The notes under the pieces are model-generated. The model saw only the letters and a list, made by a program, of their open reading frames with translations. It was not told the DNA's origin and searched no databases. The position numbers and the translations under genes are program-made. Below, in pieces: positions 37,201 to 48,900 of a stretch of DNA of 64,000 bases (its first letter is position 1; each line of letters starts with the position of its first letter). Source of the stretch: Klebsormidium nitens (lineage: Eukaryota > Plantae > Klebsormidiophyceae); assembly GCA_000708835.1 (NCBI GenBank), contig DF237406.1, positions 12,000 to 75,999 on the forward strand, read 5' to 3'.

Positions 37201-38464
37201 TAGTTCTTTTCCTCACGTATATTGTCTACTTTTCCCGCAACATTGTTCCCTTTCCTTGCGTTTCATCATTCCCTTTTCTCGCGCAACACTATTCCGTTGT
37301 CTCGCGCATAATCGTTTCTTTTTCTCGCGCATCATCGTTTCCTTTTCTCGCGCAGTGACATGCTGCGGAAGCTGGCGGAGTGGCCTCCGACGCCCATGGC
37401 GGAGCAAGACTTCCTCAACCGGTACTTCGCCGGTGCGTACCGGCCGGTGCCCAACCGGTACAACCTGGTGCTCGCCATGCTCTGGTGGCACCCCGACAAG
37501 GTCGACGTCAGCAGCGTCAAGAACGTGCACTACTGCGCGAAGGTCGGTGTGACGTCAGCCAAAAACCCGGGTCTGCATTGGGTCTGGTTTGAAGAAGGCA
37601 AAGGCCAGCAGCGTCATTGGAAGGGCGGACTCGGGTGACGTCAGCAATTGCAGGGCCGTGCCATTATTTGGACGCTTGCGGAGAGTTGAATGGCGCGGCA
37701 AGTTTTTGATGCGGTGCGCACAGCAGCGTGCAGACTTGACTCAGCCTGTATAACGTTTGATGCACTAATCAATAGCAATCAGGTACACAGATTTTCCTTT
37801 CCCGGAAACTCAAGCAAAATTTCCTTCGTCCTATTTCGATACGGTCTCATTTCTCTGGATAGTTCGCGAAGAAGGGCGACTCTGGCCCTGCCAAACGAGT
37901 TTGCACAGTGGCCCCCCTTTTCATGGCCCGTTTCACTTTGCATCCTGTGAAAGAGTGTTGAGCTCAAAGGGGCAGTTTTGATCAAGACCGGGCGAGCTTT
38001 TCCAAACAACAATACTATTAGAACATCTGCCCTTTCCTGATACGGCTCTCTCTGTTCAGTTGTGGACGTCAGCCAACGATCTTGCGACCAATTATCCAAG
38101 ACGACCGGCCTCCCTTCGCCCTTTATCACGAGCGGGTTATATTCAGGTCAACGTGCCTTTAAATTATCCCAAGACCAGTCTCCTCTAAAGAGCTTTCCGT
38201 ATGTCTGACCGCTAATCGTCAGAATCGTTTGCCACGTGGCAGGGCTCCAAACCGTGGGACTTCAACCCCAGCGCCCCGCACATGGACCTGCCGATCGTCA
38301 GAGAGCTCGTCGCGCACTGGCTTGAGATCTACGGCTCAGATCCAGCCTCGGGCGCCATCGACGGCCTCGAAACGTTCTCAGCGGCGGCGATTGCGGAAGC
38401 GGAGATGCAACTGTCGGCCGCCGTTCAGCAGGAAGTTGTGCCGGGGGGGATCATGGCTGGATAG
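34271..38464 (+). CDS. GolS: Galactinol synthase-like glycosyltransferase (GT8)
   Basis: Exons 34271-34582, 35456-35576, 36357-36513, 37356-37542, 38243-38464. Motifs AFVSFLTGSGDYVKG, YAVNFSKLRIW, YLDAD (DxD), AVMDCFC, GYCQQ, YFNAGM, AEQDFLN, YNLVLAMLW.HP, HYCA.GSKPW are characteristic of plant GolS. Confidence 0.88.
37070..37355 (+). repeat. Decayed tandem array of the 3' splice-site motif (tttt)ctcgcgca in GolS intron 3
   Basis: About 8-9 units such as ttttcgcgca, tttctcgcgca, tgtctcgcgca and ttttctcgcgca. The last unit, ttttctcgcgcAG (37355), is the real acceptor. Confidence 0.7.
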
Positions 38465-39947
38465 TTCGGGCGACCTTTTGTCTGAGGCTGCGGTGAAAAG
38501 GTCGCCGGATCCGTGGCCCCTGGACAGTGGCAGGTACTCTTCAGGTGTTTGTAAATAGGTCAGGGCATCAGCCTGCATTCTGGTAAAGCAGTAAGCAGTA
38601 GTTTGATCTGGAAAAAGGTCAGAGAGGTGATAAAGACACGGCTGCAGGGTGATAGGCTACTTGTACCCGCACAAAGGAACTTCCCTCGATGCAGCAGAGG
38701 AGAATAGACGTTTGTAATCAGCCAACTGACAATTCCAAGATCATGGTACAATCAGGTTGTGATGCGACGCGGTCCGTCCTAATCTGTATATACATCTGAA
38801 TCTGAGCTTGGATGTCATTAAGGATATAGGAGTAAGAACTGCTCCCAAAGTGGCCGCAATGTCGAGTCCGCGCTTTCGATCGGTGTGGGTAACATACGCA
38901 CATCTGAGTACAATACAGTCTCGAGAAGTATCCGAGTACATTCTATCTCTCAATCCTCCTACGAGGCTTCAGTAATCCTGGCAACCCCCGGCTGCCATTC
39001 AATTTTGAGTAATCGTCCGACCTCATGAGGCATTCATTGATGAGCAGACAAGAAGACAAATGCCGCCAGAGAGTATAGCTAGCTGTCGATCCGCGGAGAT
39101 TGATGTTGCGCCACTTATTAAGAAGCTTTTAAAAGTCTTCAATCGGATGCCGCCATGTTATAACTTACGTCAAGGAAGAGCCGACTCGAGTGGAGCCGCG
39201 TAATTGGCTTCCCTCAGCGTTAAAACGAATTTAGTACCTACCCAGTACCTACAAGCGTAAGCGCCGTGACGCCGGCGGGATCCCTCTTGCGGACGCTTTT
39301 GCACGTTGGACGATAGCGCTGTCGAGTGTCCGCAAATCTTGGCGACTCGGCCCCAGTCGGAGGCTGACGGTACGGTTGACCGGCACTACAAAGTATTCCT
39401 ATAAAAGCCTGTAACATATTTCTCGAGCAACTCGTGACCAAAGGAACCGGCAAGCCGCTTAGCCAACAACAGTCGCCGTTGCCATCCCCGGAAAGCATGA
39501 CGTGCAACGACGTCACGACCGGCCATGAATGATGCTGCGACATGCAGCTAGCAGCTGCAGCTCAGCTAGCTAGGTGAAAGCCGGCTTTCCAAGCTGGAAA
39601 ATGAGCTTTATTTATGGTTTTCTGTAAGCGCTTTCAAGGTTTCGCAGCTCTCTCGCTTTGTCTCCATTGGCATTTGACTTGCGGGGTCCTGGATTCCTTT
39701 CAGGGCGTGCAGTTCAAGTCATCTTCAGCAGCTCTTCCGAACAGCATTCTCCCGTAGCTCGTTTCCGTCTACGTCACTGGGACAGGTTAGCTCAGGAGTA
39801 GGCCAAACTGGAGAGCGAACAGTCCGCCTAGGAGTCCAATGAGAGTGCCCGGAGGTTGAAAGCTTAAGTAGCTGTGAGATTTGTCGATCTGTCAGACAAT
39901 TTGAATTAGTATCTGTCACATACTAGCTGTATTTGTACTTCAGCAAC

Positions 39948-41348
39948 ATGGCCCTGATGATGTTGATCAAGCTGGTCTCCAAGCCCGGAATGGAGGGACA
40001 GGTGAGCATTGTCGGTTCTGGAGGATCTCAAGGGCGGTCACCTGGATTTCGGTTGTCAATCGGATAAGCAAACTTCTTCTTTAAACACACGAACCGTGCC
40101 GACTGTATGACGACATTCCACCTGAAACTTGATCCCGATGTCAGATTTGAAAGCGTGGCACAAACTTGGCAGCAGCATGGGCTCTAGGAATCTACTTAAA
40201 CCTCTGAGTCGGCAGAGCTTGGGTATTGACCAACTGAATCATTGCTCCACTTCTGGGGGGGAAGTGAGCGTCAGATTATCAGCAGAACGGTGATAAGGCA
40301 TCAAAAGGGTTGTTATGCTTTCCCCACAGCAGGATGGCTCTTATGAAACTTTGGAACAGCCTTCAATTAGGTGCTCAGTACCTCTGAACTCCAACATCTT
40401 GAGCTTTGACTGGGAGTCCCCAAGTGCACCAGCTGAAAGTGTAGTTAGCGGTAGTATTGGACATAAGTAGATTCAGCCATGTGGGAATGGTTGTAGGCAT
40501 GCTCCATGGCAGGTTTGCCCAGTACGCCACAGTTCTACAAGTGAATGAAAAGTCAGCATTTTGTGTTCTCTGTTTGTATTTTCTCGATGCCACAGCGACA
40601 AAGTCTGCCCTTGACACCTTGAATCTGATTGCAAAGAGAACGTTTCAGCCACTAGCGTTGTAGTGGGGCAGAAGCAGGCAAGCGCTCGTATCTATAGGGA
40701 TTGCGTTTTAGTGTTAAGGATCACATACCGACTGCAAGGTCAGTCCATCTTTCCAGGAACTCCCTGACGTGATTTATGGTTGATTCCTGCTCATGTCTCT
40801 AGAATGTATTGTCGAATGAGGGAAAAAGCAACTTGAAAGGAGGAGAAAGCAGAACAACGCGTGGGAACTTTGGCTCGCAAGTGAAAAAGAAGTAGGCAAT
40901 GGCATGTTCACGAAAGAAGAATGTTTAGGAACAACAAAGAAGAAACTTTCATCTAGGAAGAAACAAACACGAATCTGAAATACAAATGATGAGACGTTTA
41001 TTTGCTTTTCCGCAGGTGAGGGAAAAGTATCAATGGATGGCGGCAAAAATGGCCGAGCTCTTCCCCGGAGTCATCACCTTCCACGCGTTTCAAAGCCCCG
41101 GGAACCCATCCGAGTGGCAGTGCGTCGAGATCTACTCCTCGCAAGAAGTTTTCAAGAGACACGTGTCAGACACAGAGGAGCTGAAAAACTGGGCGATGGA
41201 ATTCAGGCCGTTGATTGAGTCGTTCTCGGCGGACATGTTTGTGGAGGGGGAGGAGGTGTCGGAGTTTGTGAAGCAGCGGGCCGCGATGCAGGGGGGGACA
41301 AGCACGCAAGCGGGTCGTGGGCGGGTTTCGCTCTTAACCCTTCGTTGA
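39948..41348 (+). CDS. Small dimeric alpha-beta barrel (ABM/antibiotic biosynthesis monooxygenase-like) protein, ~128 aa
   Basis: Exon 39948-40001 (MALMMLIKLVSKPGMEGQ|gtgagc) joins in phase 0 to exon 41016-41348 (VREKY...FPGVITFHAFQSPGNPSEWQCVEIYSSQEVFKRHV). The K-P-G...E-x-Y-x-S...H pattern is ABM-like; the family call is from motif memory. Confidence 0.65.
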
Positions 41349-42924
41349 GCATTCAGGCATAGGCATCAGGAGTGCCAGCATTGGAGGACTGGATCTGGGT
41401 CACGAACAGTAGCTATATGGATGTCCCACAAACGCGGGGTAAAGTGCATATTGGAGAGAGCAAACATTTTTTCGTCGAGAGGTTGCCAACAAACGTGATG
41501 CAACTGGTTGGACATCAAACTAACAAGGCCGACGGGGATCAGATTCACCAAGAAAGTGATAATGACATCTGTGCTTCTGCTAGATGTCGAGCTAGAGTTG
41601 TCAAACATAAATATGCAAATAGGGCAGAGGGCAGATTGTATTAGTAACTGCAAATACGTGGAATCATGCATGGCGGCAGTCAACGTTTTGTCAGATCGAC
41701 CGATCGAGAGAATGATATGATCATGGCCTCTAAGCGGTTTGATGGCAGTATAATCAGTGATTGGTTATAACTATAGTGATTGGGTGTAGCTTGGAGCGCG
41801 AGATCGCGGCCATTGAACACGTCCTCTGCCAAGCACGTACTGCAAGGTTGCGCTAGCTGCGGACTGCAGCATTAACACGAGTACACTTGTGCGGTTCCTG
41901 AGAGAATGTACGGTATTGCTGGCATGATTAATTGAAGCCTGCTGGATGCATGTAAAATGGCCCCACCGTAGCCCTATATATGCTTTTGCATGATAGTGCG
42001 GGCTCAGTGCGGCTGTTGGAGAAGCCATTGAACATCAACAGATCGAGACCCTATCATCGAATACCACTTACAGTATAAGTTGACCGTCTCCATGTAAGTT
42101 CCATTTCGCTTAGAGACGGTCGAATGTCATTCGATAGCGCTACAAAAGTGTGATGTATCATATCTTACTGGGCTTCGCGGGACCAATCTCGCAAATGGTC
42201 GGGTGCCCCAGAAAACATGAAGATGCTAGCGTCAAATTTTGATAGGGTTTGAAGCTGAATCAAGCACTGCAGCACGACTTTTTTATGGCAGCCGCCGCTT
42301 GCGACATTCCCTGAGTCGAAGAACATGACAGAAGCTCCAATTGCACGGCTCTTATCATATTTCAGTAGAACAGTCATTCGTTTGTCAATCAATACTCTCC
42401 ATTGTACACTTCAGTTGGCAACCTTCAAATTTCAAGTATAGCCTCTTGAATGTAGTATCAGCATTCTTATCGCCATGGCATGGGCGACCTCTTACCTACA
42501 GACTTTCCAGGCCTACTGCCTATACTCTCGGAATTGTCAAGGACGTGTCTCAAGGAACTTTTGATAGACTCGTTAATGAATGTAGCGCAGCTAAACCACG
42601 GAAGTTAGCGACAGAGGCGGCCCCCAGATTAGTGCACACTTGTTACCAAAGCGCATAGGAGCCAATTTTGCTCCTTATCTCAGTCCCATTCCTTGTGTTG
42701 CACCCATTGGTTGGGAGCCCAACAGAAGTGGGTTTGGCTGATACGACGGCCGGCGCTTGACATTGGATGCCTGCAAATTCAAGACAAACAGATATCAAGC
42801 GTCAAACAGATTTTGAAACGCAAGAAAGAACGAAATCTTCATGCCCAAGAAATGACGTCCATGGTAAGCATTGCCGAAGTCTCTTTGAACTCTCTTCAGT
42901 CACTGAAATGTTGCCCTCCTCTTC

Positions 42925-45900
42925 TCATAGGATGATAATCAAATGATACGTCTGATTTGAGAGTACGGCATCTTCTACAAGCAGCTTTGCTATCCCCACC
43001 TTTGCTTGCAGCTCCGAGTACGTCCCTTCCAGGCACCGCTTGAGGTCCTTGTAGCTCGCCACCAGCAGCGACTGCTCGTCCCTGCTCAGCAGCGTCACCT
43101 TTTCCGAAACCCCCGCGTCTAGTTTGTTCAGCGCCTCAATAATATGCCCCCAATCCATCGCCGGCTTCCCTTCCTCCGTCGTTTGGTGGAAGACAAAGTC
43201 GCGGAAGAGTTTGAGGAGGTAACGATCCCCGGTCTCCGACCAATTGGATTCCGCCACGTCATCGTCGGGCCGCTCATTGATCATGGAGCACTTGATGATG
43301 ATGCGGAGCAGGCGCCCGTTTTCCGACTCCTTCTCGAGCTCGTCCATCAAATGGTCGGCGTACACGTGGCAGTGCTCCAGCTGAAGGCCAGGAAAACAAG
43401 GATACGGTTGAACGATTCGGTTTGGAAACGGTTGACGAGAGACGGAAAGACTTCGTCTAACTCTCAAATCGAGTGAATATCAACATTCTGATGCCCGGTG
43501 CTGCAAGACCTATGTATTTTTGTGCTGGCGAACTCCTCGAATGACTTGACGTCATCCTCCCCCAGAATATGATACGATACAGTGAAATGCATTGAACATT
43601 CTTGCGCTCATTGGAGAAGAGAGTATGTCACCTCCGCTTTGGATCGACGGAACTGCATGAGTCTAACCTCGTTCTGATGAGCCATCACGGACTCCCATTC
43701 CTAAACACTACAGACAAGCACTCCTTTCGTTTCACGCACAAAAGTCGACTGAACGCATGGAACCACAGGCGTTCTATAGCGCATCCTGAAGCAGGGGACA
43801 CAGAGTCCTCCCGTTTAATCTGCTCCCAGATCGCGATCCATCTTCAATCTCAATCCAACGAGTCGGTGCCTTAACAAGCTCAATATTCGAGTGTGCAGCA
43901 CGCCATTAACGAGGCGCTCAAAGCAAGTCACACCGGACCCACTTGTATCGAAAGTGGAAACGTGCGTACCGAGCTAAACATGCGATCCCCCAGAACATTG
44001 GTTAGTTGCTTGATGCTGGCGAGGCCACCGACTTCGTGGTTGTCCGGTGATGACGCAATCAGCGCCTGTGTGATCCGCACAAGCTCGGGGGAGTAGTGCG
44101 CGGCCATGAACTGGCAAAAGCGGGCAGGGTGACGTCAGCTTGCTCGCAGATGACGTGAGAAGGTGTGTGTGACATCAACGTGCCTTTACCAATGTGTGGA
44201 CCGGGTCTCAGAAGGCGTTCCGCGCACAGGTTTAAAGCAGACTTGACAAAACTGCCACCTCTTTGAGGATGGCAGACAACCGGGACCGCAAACCTACAAG
44301 AGTCGTTGCTGCGCCAGCCAACCCCTATACTTTTGTCCTTAGGTTCAACCTTTTCTAGCACCTCCACAATCAGCAAAGCTATCATGCTTCCAAAAGCCGC
44401 AAATCCGCAAACAAGGACTTCAAAAGAGTCCAGGGACGCATCTGCAGCAGTACACCTTCTGTACATCAAGAGCCCACTTGAAAAGCGACAAAACCAGAAA
44501 ACGAGAGAACTAGAGCAAATTTACGCCCGCGGAGGCAAATACCAGCACCTCTGACGTGATCAGGACAAGAGAACGGCCGATTGTCAAGGTACCTCGCCCG
44601 AGCAAGAACAAAAGCAAAAGGTGTGGAGAGACAAGCATGAAGGAGAAAGGCTAATAAGCAGCCACTTGAGAGCAGATCCTCACGTCCAACGACGCATTCA
44701 TGGCCGACCCGCACGCCAGCGACAGCAGCAGCCGCCCCATTTCCGCTAGGTCGATCCGCTGGAGGAACTGCTTGTCTTCCCCCGGATCCCCGTGTAGCAC
44801 GTCTAAGAAGCCCACCGAGCAGAGTCGTATTCTGCCGCGGCTAGTTATGAGCACTTTCGAGGCGTCGAGAGCGCCTCCCCGAGCGATGAGGCCCGCACCA
44901 TGGATTGCTCGAAGCGCGGTGGCGAGCTGGATTGTGTAGCTCCATAGCTCGTCTTCCGTAACCTGGAAGAGGGTTAGGATTTTGGTCAGGCAAAATACCC
45001 GGCTCAGGAGTGTGGTCAGGCAAAACCCGGAGTCAAGGATGGCGGACAGGATTCAGGTCTAAAATCTTAATCTAGAACCTAAAAAGTGCAGATTGATTTC
45101 TGCTTAAAAGCCGCATATACGCTCAGCTCACTCAATCGCACAACCAGGCGACCACGATTACACCAAAAGCGCACACAAGAATTCAATGTTTAACCCGTTA
45201 TAGAAAGCCAAGAATCACAAGAAGCCGCATATGCTCTTCTTTCTGATCAACATAAGCGAGTTTGACACATCGCAAAACCACAACCCAGATCTCATTCACA
45301 GCACGACTAGGAACTGAACTTAAGCCTTACCGTCAAGTGGACCACCCCCCCGCTTTGTTCTTGTTGCAAGTGCGCGTTTTCGAGCGACACCGCTCCAGGG
45401 TAATAATCGTACGCGAAGTAGAGTGCGGGGCTGTCTTCGATTTCTTTGCTGACGAACGCTTCTCGCATGACCCCCACGTGGGGATGTCCCGCAAGGTGCG
45501 ACCACCTTTCTATCGTTTCGTTGGCGGCGGTCGCGAGCTCAGCTGTCGGGATTACCTGGGGGGAACGCGAAAATGATATGATGAGGGAATTCGCCGGCGA
45601 ATCGCAAAATGGAAAAGCGGTGGTTGTGGGATCCATTGCAGGACGGAAAACGTCGATGTTTCAGGGATACTGGAGTGAAGGTGTCATTAGCTCTTTTATT
45701 GATGAATGAAAAAGCTTTTATAGAAAGAACGGAAGCCTCAACTGCTAGAAGCAGGAAGGTTGTTACTCGTGGACGAGGAACTCTTTAGACACGGCCCAGC
45801 TCTTTAAGTTAGTCGCGTAGGAGCCCACTAAAAGTACTTCTACTGCGCCTTGAAGGGAGTAAGTGCAGCTATCGGTAAACGGACACACGTTTCGCGAAAC

Positions 45901-48900
45901 CAAAGGAATGACGCCATCAGAAGGAGTCACTTTCAGCTGACCTGACAGGAAAGCCTCTTTCGCAAGCAAGCCGTAGCGTGATCGTTCAAAGCTGTTCAGC
46001 TCAGATTCGACGACTGTCAGAACCCGTGGAAGGAGAACATGGACTACAGTTTTCCAATCTGGACCCCCACACCGATCAGAACCCCCTGTACGCAGGTGAG
46101 GGATGTCACGCGTGACTCACGGAACCCCGAATACTCTTGAACGATCGACCGAGGGCTCGGAAACCGCATTCAGATCTGAAAGTTTGCATGACCGGTCAGC
46201 CGCACGGAAGTGGTCGGGGCCCCAAACATAACCAGCCCAGCTACTTTGAACAGCTGCGCGCGCACCGAGTACCAATCGGTGTGGGGGTCTCGGACTGCAA
46301 ACTGCAGTCCGCGTTCTCCTTCCATCCGTTCTGTCAGCAGAATCAAAACGGCACACTGAAGGTAAATGAAGCTCACCTGTCTATGATCTATTCGCCTAAT
46401 AGCGTAAGCGAGGCCGTCTGTTGAGCTGATCCCTTTGAAGACCGTCGTCCGCACCCCGAGCGAGCTCATGCCGTCGGCCTCACTGCTTTCTAGAGGGTAT
46501 AGCGTATGAAACCGCCCCACAAACTCTGGCAGGTCGGATATGTCCTGCTCAGGGTCTATCTGCACGATGCAACGATGTTCACAGCTTTTGAAGACAGGAA
46601 GAATAAGCAGATAAGTTATTTCGGAATAAAGTACTTCCTTCAGGCTTTGAAGTGACCACAAGAGCGGGGGCCACCGTCTAAAATGCTTTGAAAATGTGAT
46701 AGAAATAATACACATTGCTCCGCATAGAGCACGATGGCCCGCGAGACTCTTCAGGGACGAACCACCGCGAGCTGATGCGGCTCCTTTACGGTAACGAACT
46801 GTACGGGCCCACTTACGAAATGAACCATAAAGCGCACCAATTTTTTGAGGGAGCAAACGCAGAGGGTGCAGGGCGAGAATATTGTGCGCAGACAAAATAC
46901 TTTCCAATTGTTGGCGTCGCTGAATACAAGCTGCAAAAACGACCGGTCCCCAGCAAACCTGGTCAGCAAAACTGGGCTGTAGCTGCTGTTGTAAGCAGGT
47001 GACACGGTCGATGGCGGAAAACAGAATTCCTACGAATCAAAGATACAGAACGTCTGCAGTTCCAAGTCTCCACAATCCAAATCATAACCCCGAACCCTCG
47101 TACCTGCGCCTGCACCAAAGCAGCCCGCTGCTGGATCTCCTCCCTCAAGCTCTCCGGCAGAAACTTGGACGCCATTTGGACGGTCCCCGGCCTGATGACC
47201 GTCCGATTCCGGTTGTGGTCCGGCCGCCCGGGACCCAGTCCGAAGCCGCCAGCTGGCCCCATGCTGACGTGGCCCCCGAGGCCCATTTGGGAGGGGCCGG
47301 CGCCCTGACCCGGTCCGAAAAAGTAGGTGGCGCCGCCCACTTGAGTCGCGGCGGTGGGAACGGGGCCGCCTAGAGACGGCGAATTCGACCTGAGAGGCGG
47401 AGAAAGAAACCTGGAACCAGACGTTTGAGAGAATCAGGGAAGGTTATTGGGACTGAGATGCCTATTCAACATCCGCACGTTGGACGAACAGTGTAGAACC
47501 AAGCGGTAAACACTTGGACCGCATTCTGCCACCAGTATGACAAGGTCAAAGCTTAACTGTAATGCGAGTACAACCGCCCTGCCGGGATGCTGAGCACTTT
47601 CTACAGGTCAAGCGACGCGAGGACTCCAGAATTCAATCTCCCCAATACACCACCATGCCACGTCCCAGTCTAAGTTGGATGCATCTCAATCAACAGGAGT
47701 TTAGCCAGGGCGCATCTGATTCTCCATTTAAAAGGCGGAAACAGAAGCGAGATACATATCCGCAAAAGACTGCTGATTTCGTACCGTTGCCCAAACGGCT
47801 GCATCGGCCCCCCCGGCCGCGGCCTCCCCAGGCCCTGGCTCGTCAGCGGGGGGGTCGCCCTCCCCATCTGTTGCTTCATCGGCGACGCCGGCGCTGACGT
47901 CATCATCCCCGGCATCGGAGGCGTTCGCGACCGATACTCGTCCCTCGGCGACATCATCCCCATCGCGCTTAGGCTCCGGTTAAGCGACGGGTTACCCCCA
48001 AACCGCCCCCCGCCGTCACCCATTTTCAGGGCCGACATCGCATCTTGGAGCCGGTGGTTTGGCTGACCCCCCTCCAAAAACTGGTTGTTGCCGAAACGGG
48101 GCCCGCCGCGCGGGTGGGGGGGTGACATCGAGGACATGCCCAGGGCTGGGTCGTCCCCTTCGGGAAGGCCGAAACTGGCGGGGCCGGAGTAGGGGCGGTG
48201 CGAGTTGTCGAGGCCCTGTTGGGCATACTGCGGGAGGCTGACGCCCCGACCGCGGACTGCAGCGGCCGCATGCTGCTGCTGATGCAGGGCCTGCTAAGAT
48301 AAGTGCGAGATTTCTGGGTCTGCCTCGTTTAATATTCCAAGGAGACCACAAAAAGCCGCGCTGCCGACACAGGCAACGAAACGGGATAAATCATTCAAAA
48401 CTTTCGGAATCCAAGCGGGATAGCTCGGGTAACAATTGAAGCAGACTAGTCGAACGCTCTCGACAGGATGCAACGGCTTTTGCGAGTGATAGGCTACTCA
48501 TCACATTTGTAGTCTCAGAATCCTCAACTTCGTGTCGGTTTCCTTTTCACCACTTTCCCCCCAGTATGATAAGAGACGTGTTTGAAACTGCCAGATACGT
48601 TTTTCGGACGACCGAAAAGCAGGAGTCAAAGTCCGCATCTCAGCACTGAAGCCCCTCTCAGGTCCGTCAGATTTTGCTTATCAAAAGTAGATTGTTATGT
48701 TATGTGAGGAAAGCGACGCAGGACTGAATTGCCTGGACACTGAAAGCACTCACCTGCTGATGGAATTGCGACATTTGTCGCCTCTGCACGTCGAAAGGCC
48801 CCATGCCCGCTGGTCCTCCCACGCCTCTGGGTGAGTTCATGGCCCCCATGCCGCCACCTTGCCCGTGCACAGGCGCTCCCCCACCCATCCTCGGGCTCAT

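Noticed and set aside
38560-39560. Short ORFs between GolS and the ABM-like gene
   Set aside because: No motifs, splice structure or repeat partner found.
48100-48200. Apparent frameshift in PAN3 exon 4
   Set aside because: Recounting shows a continuous frame (YSGPASFGLPEGDDPALGMSSM).
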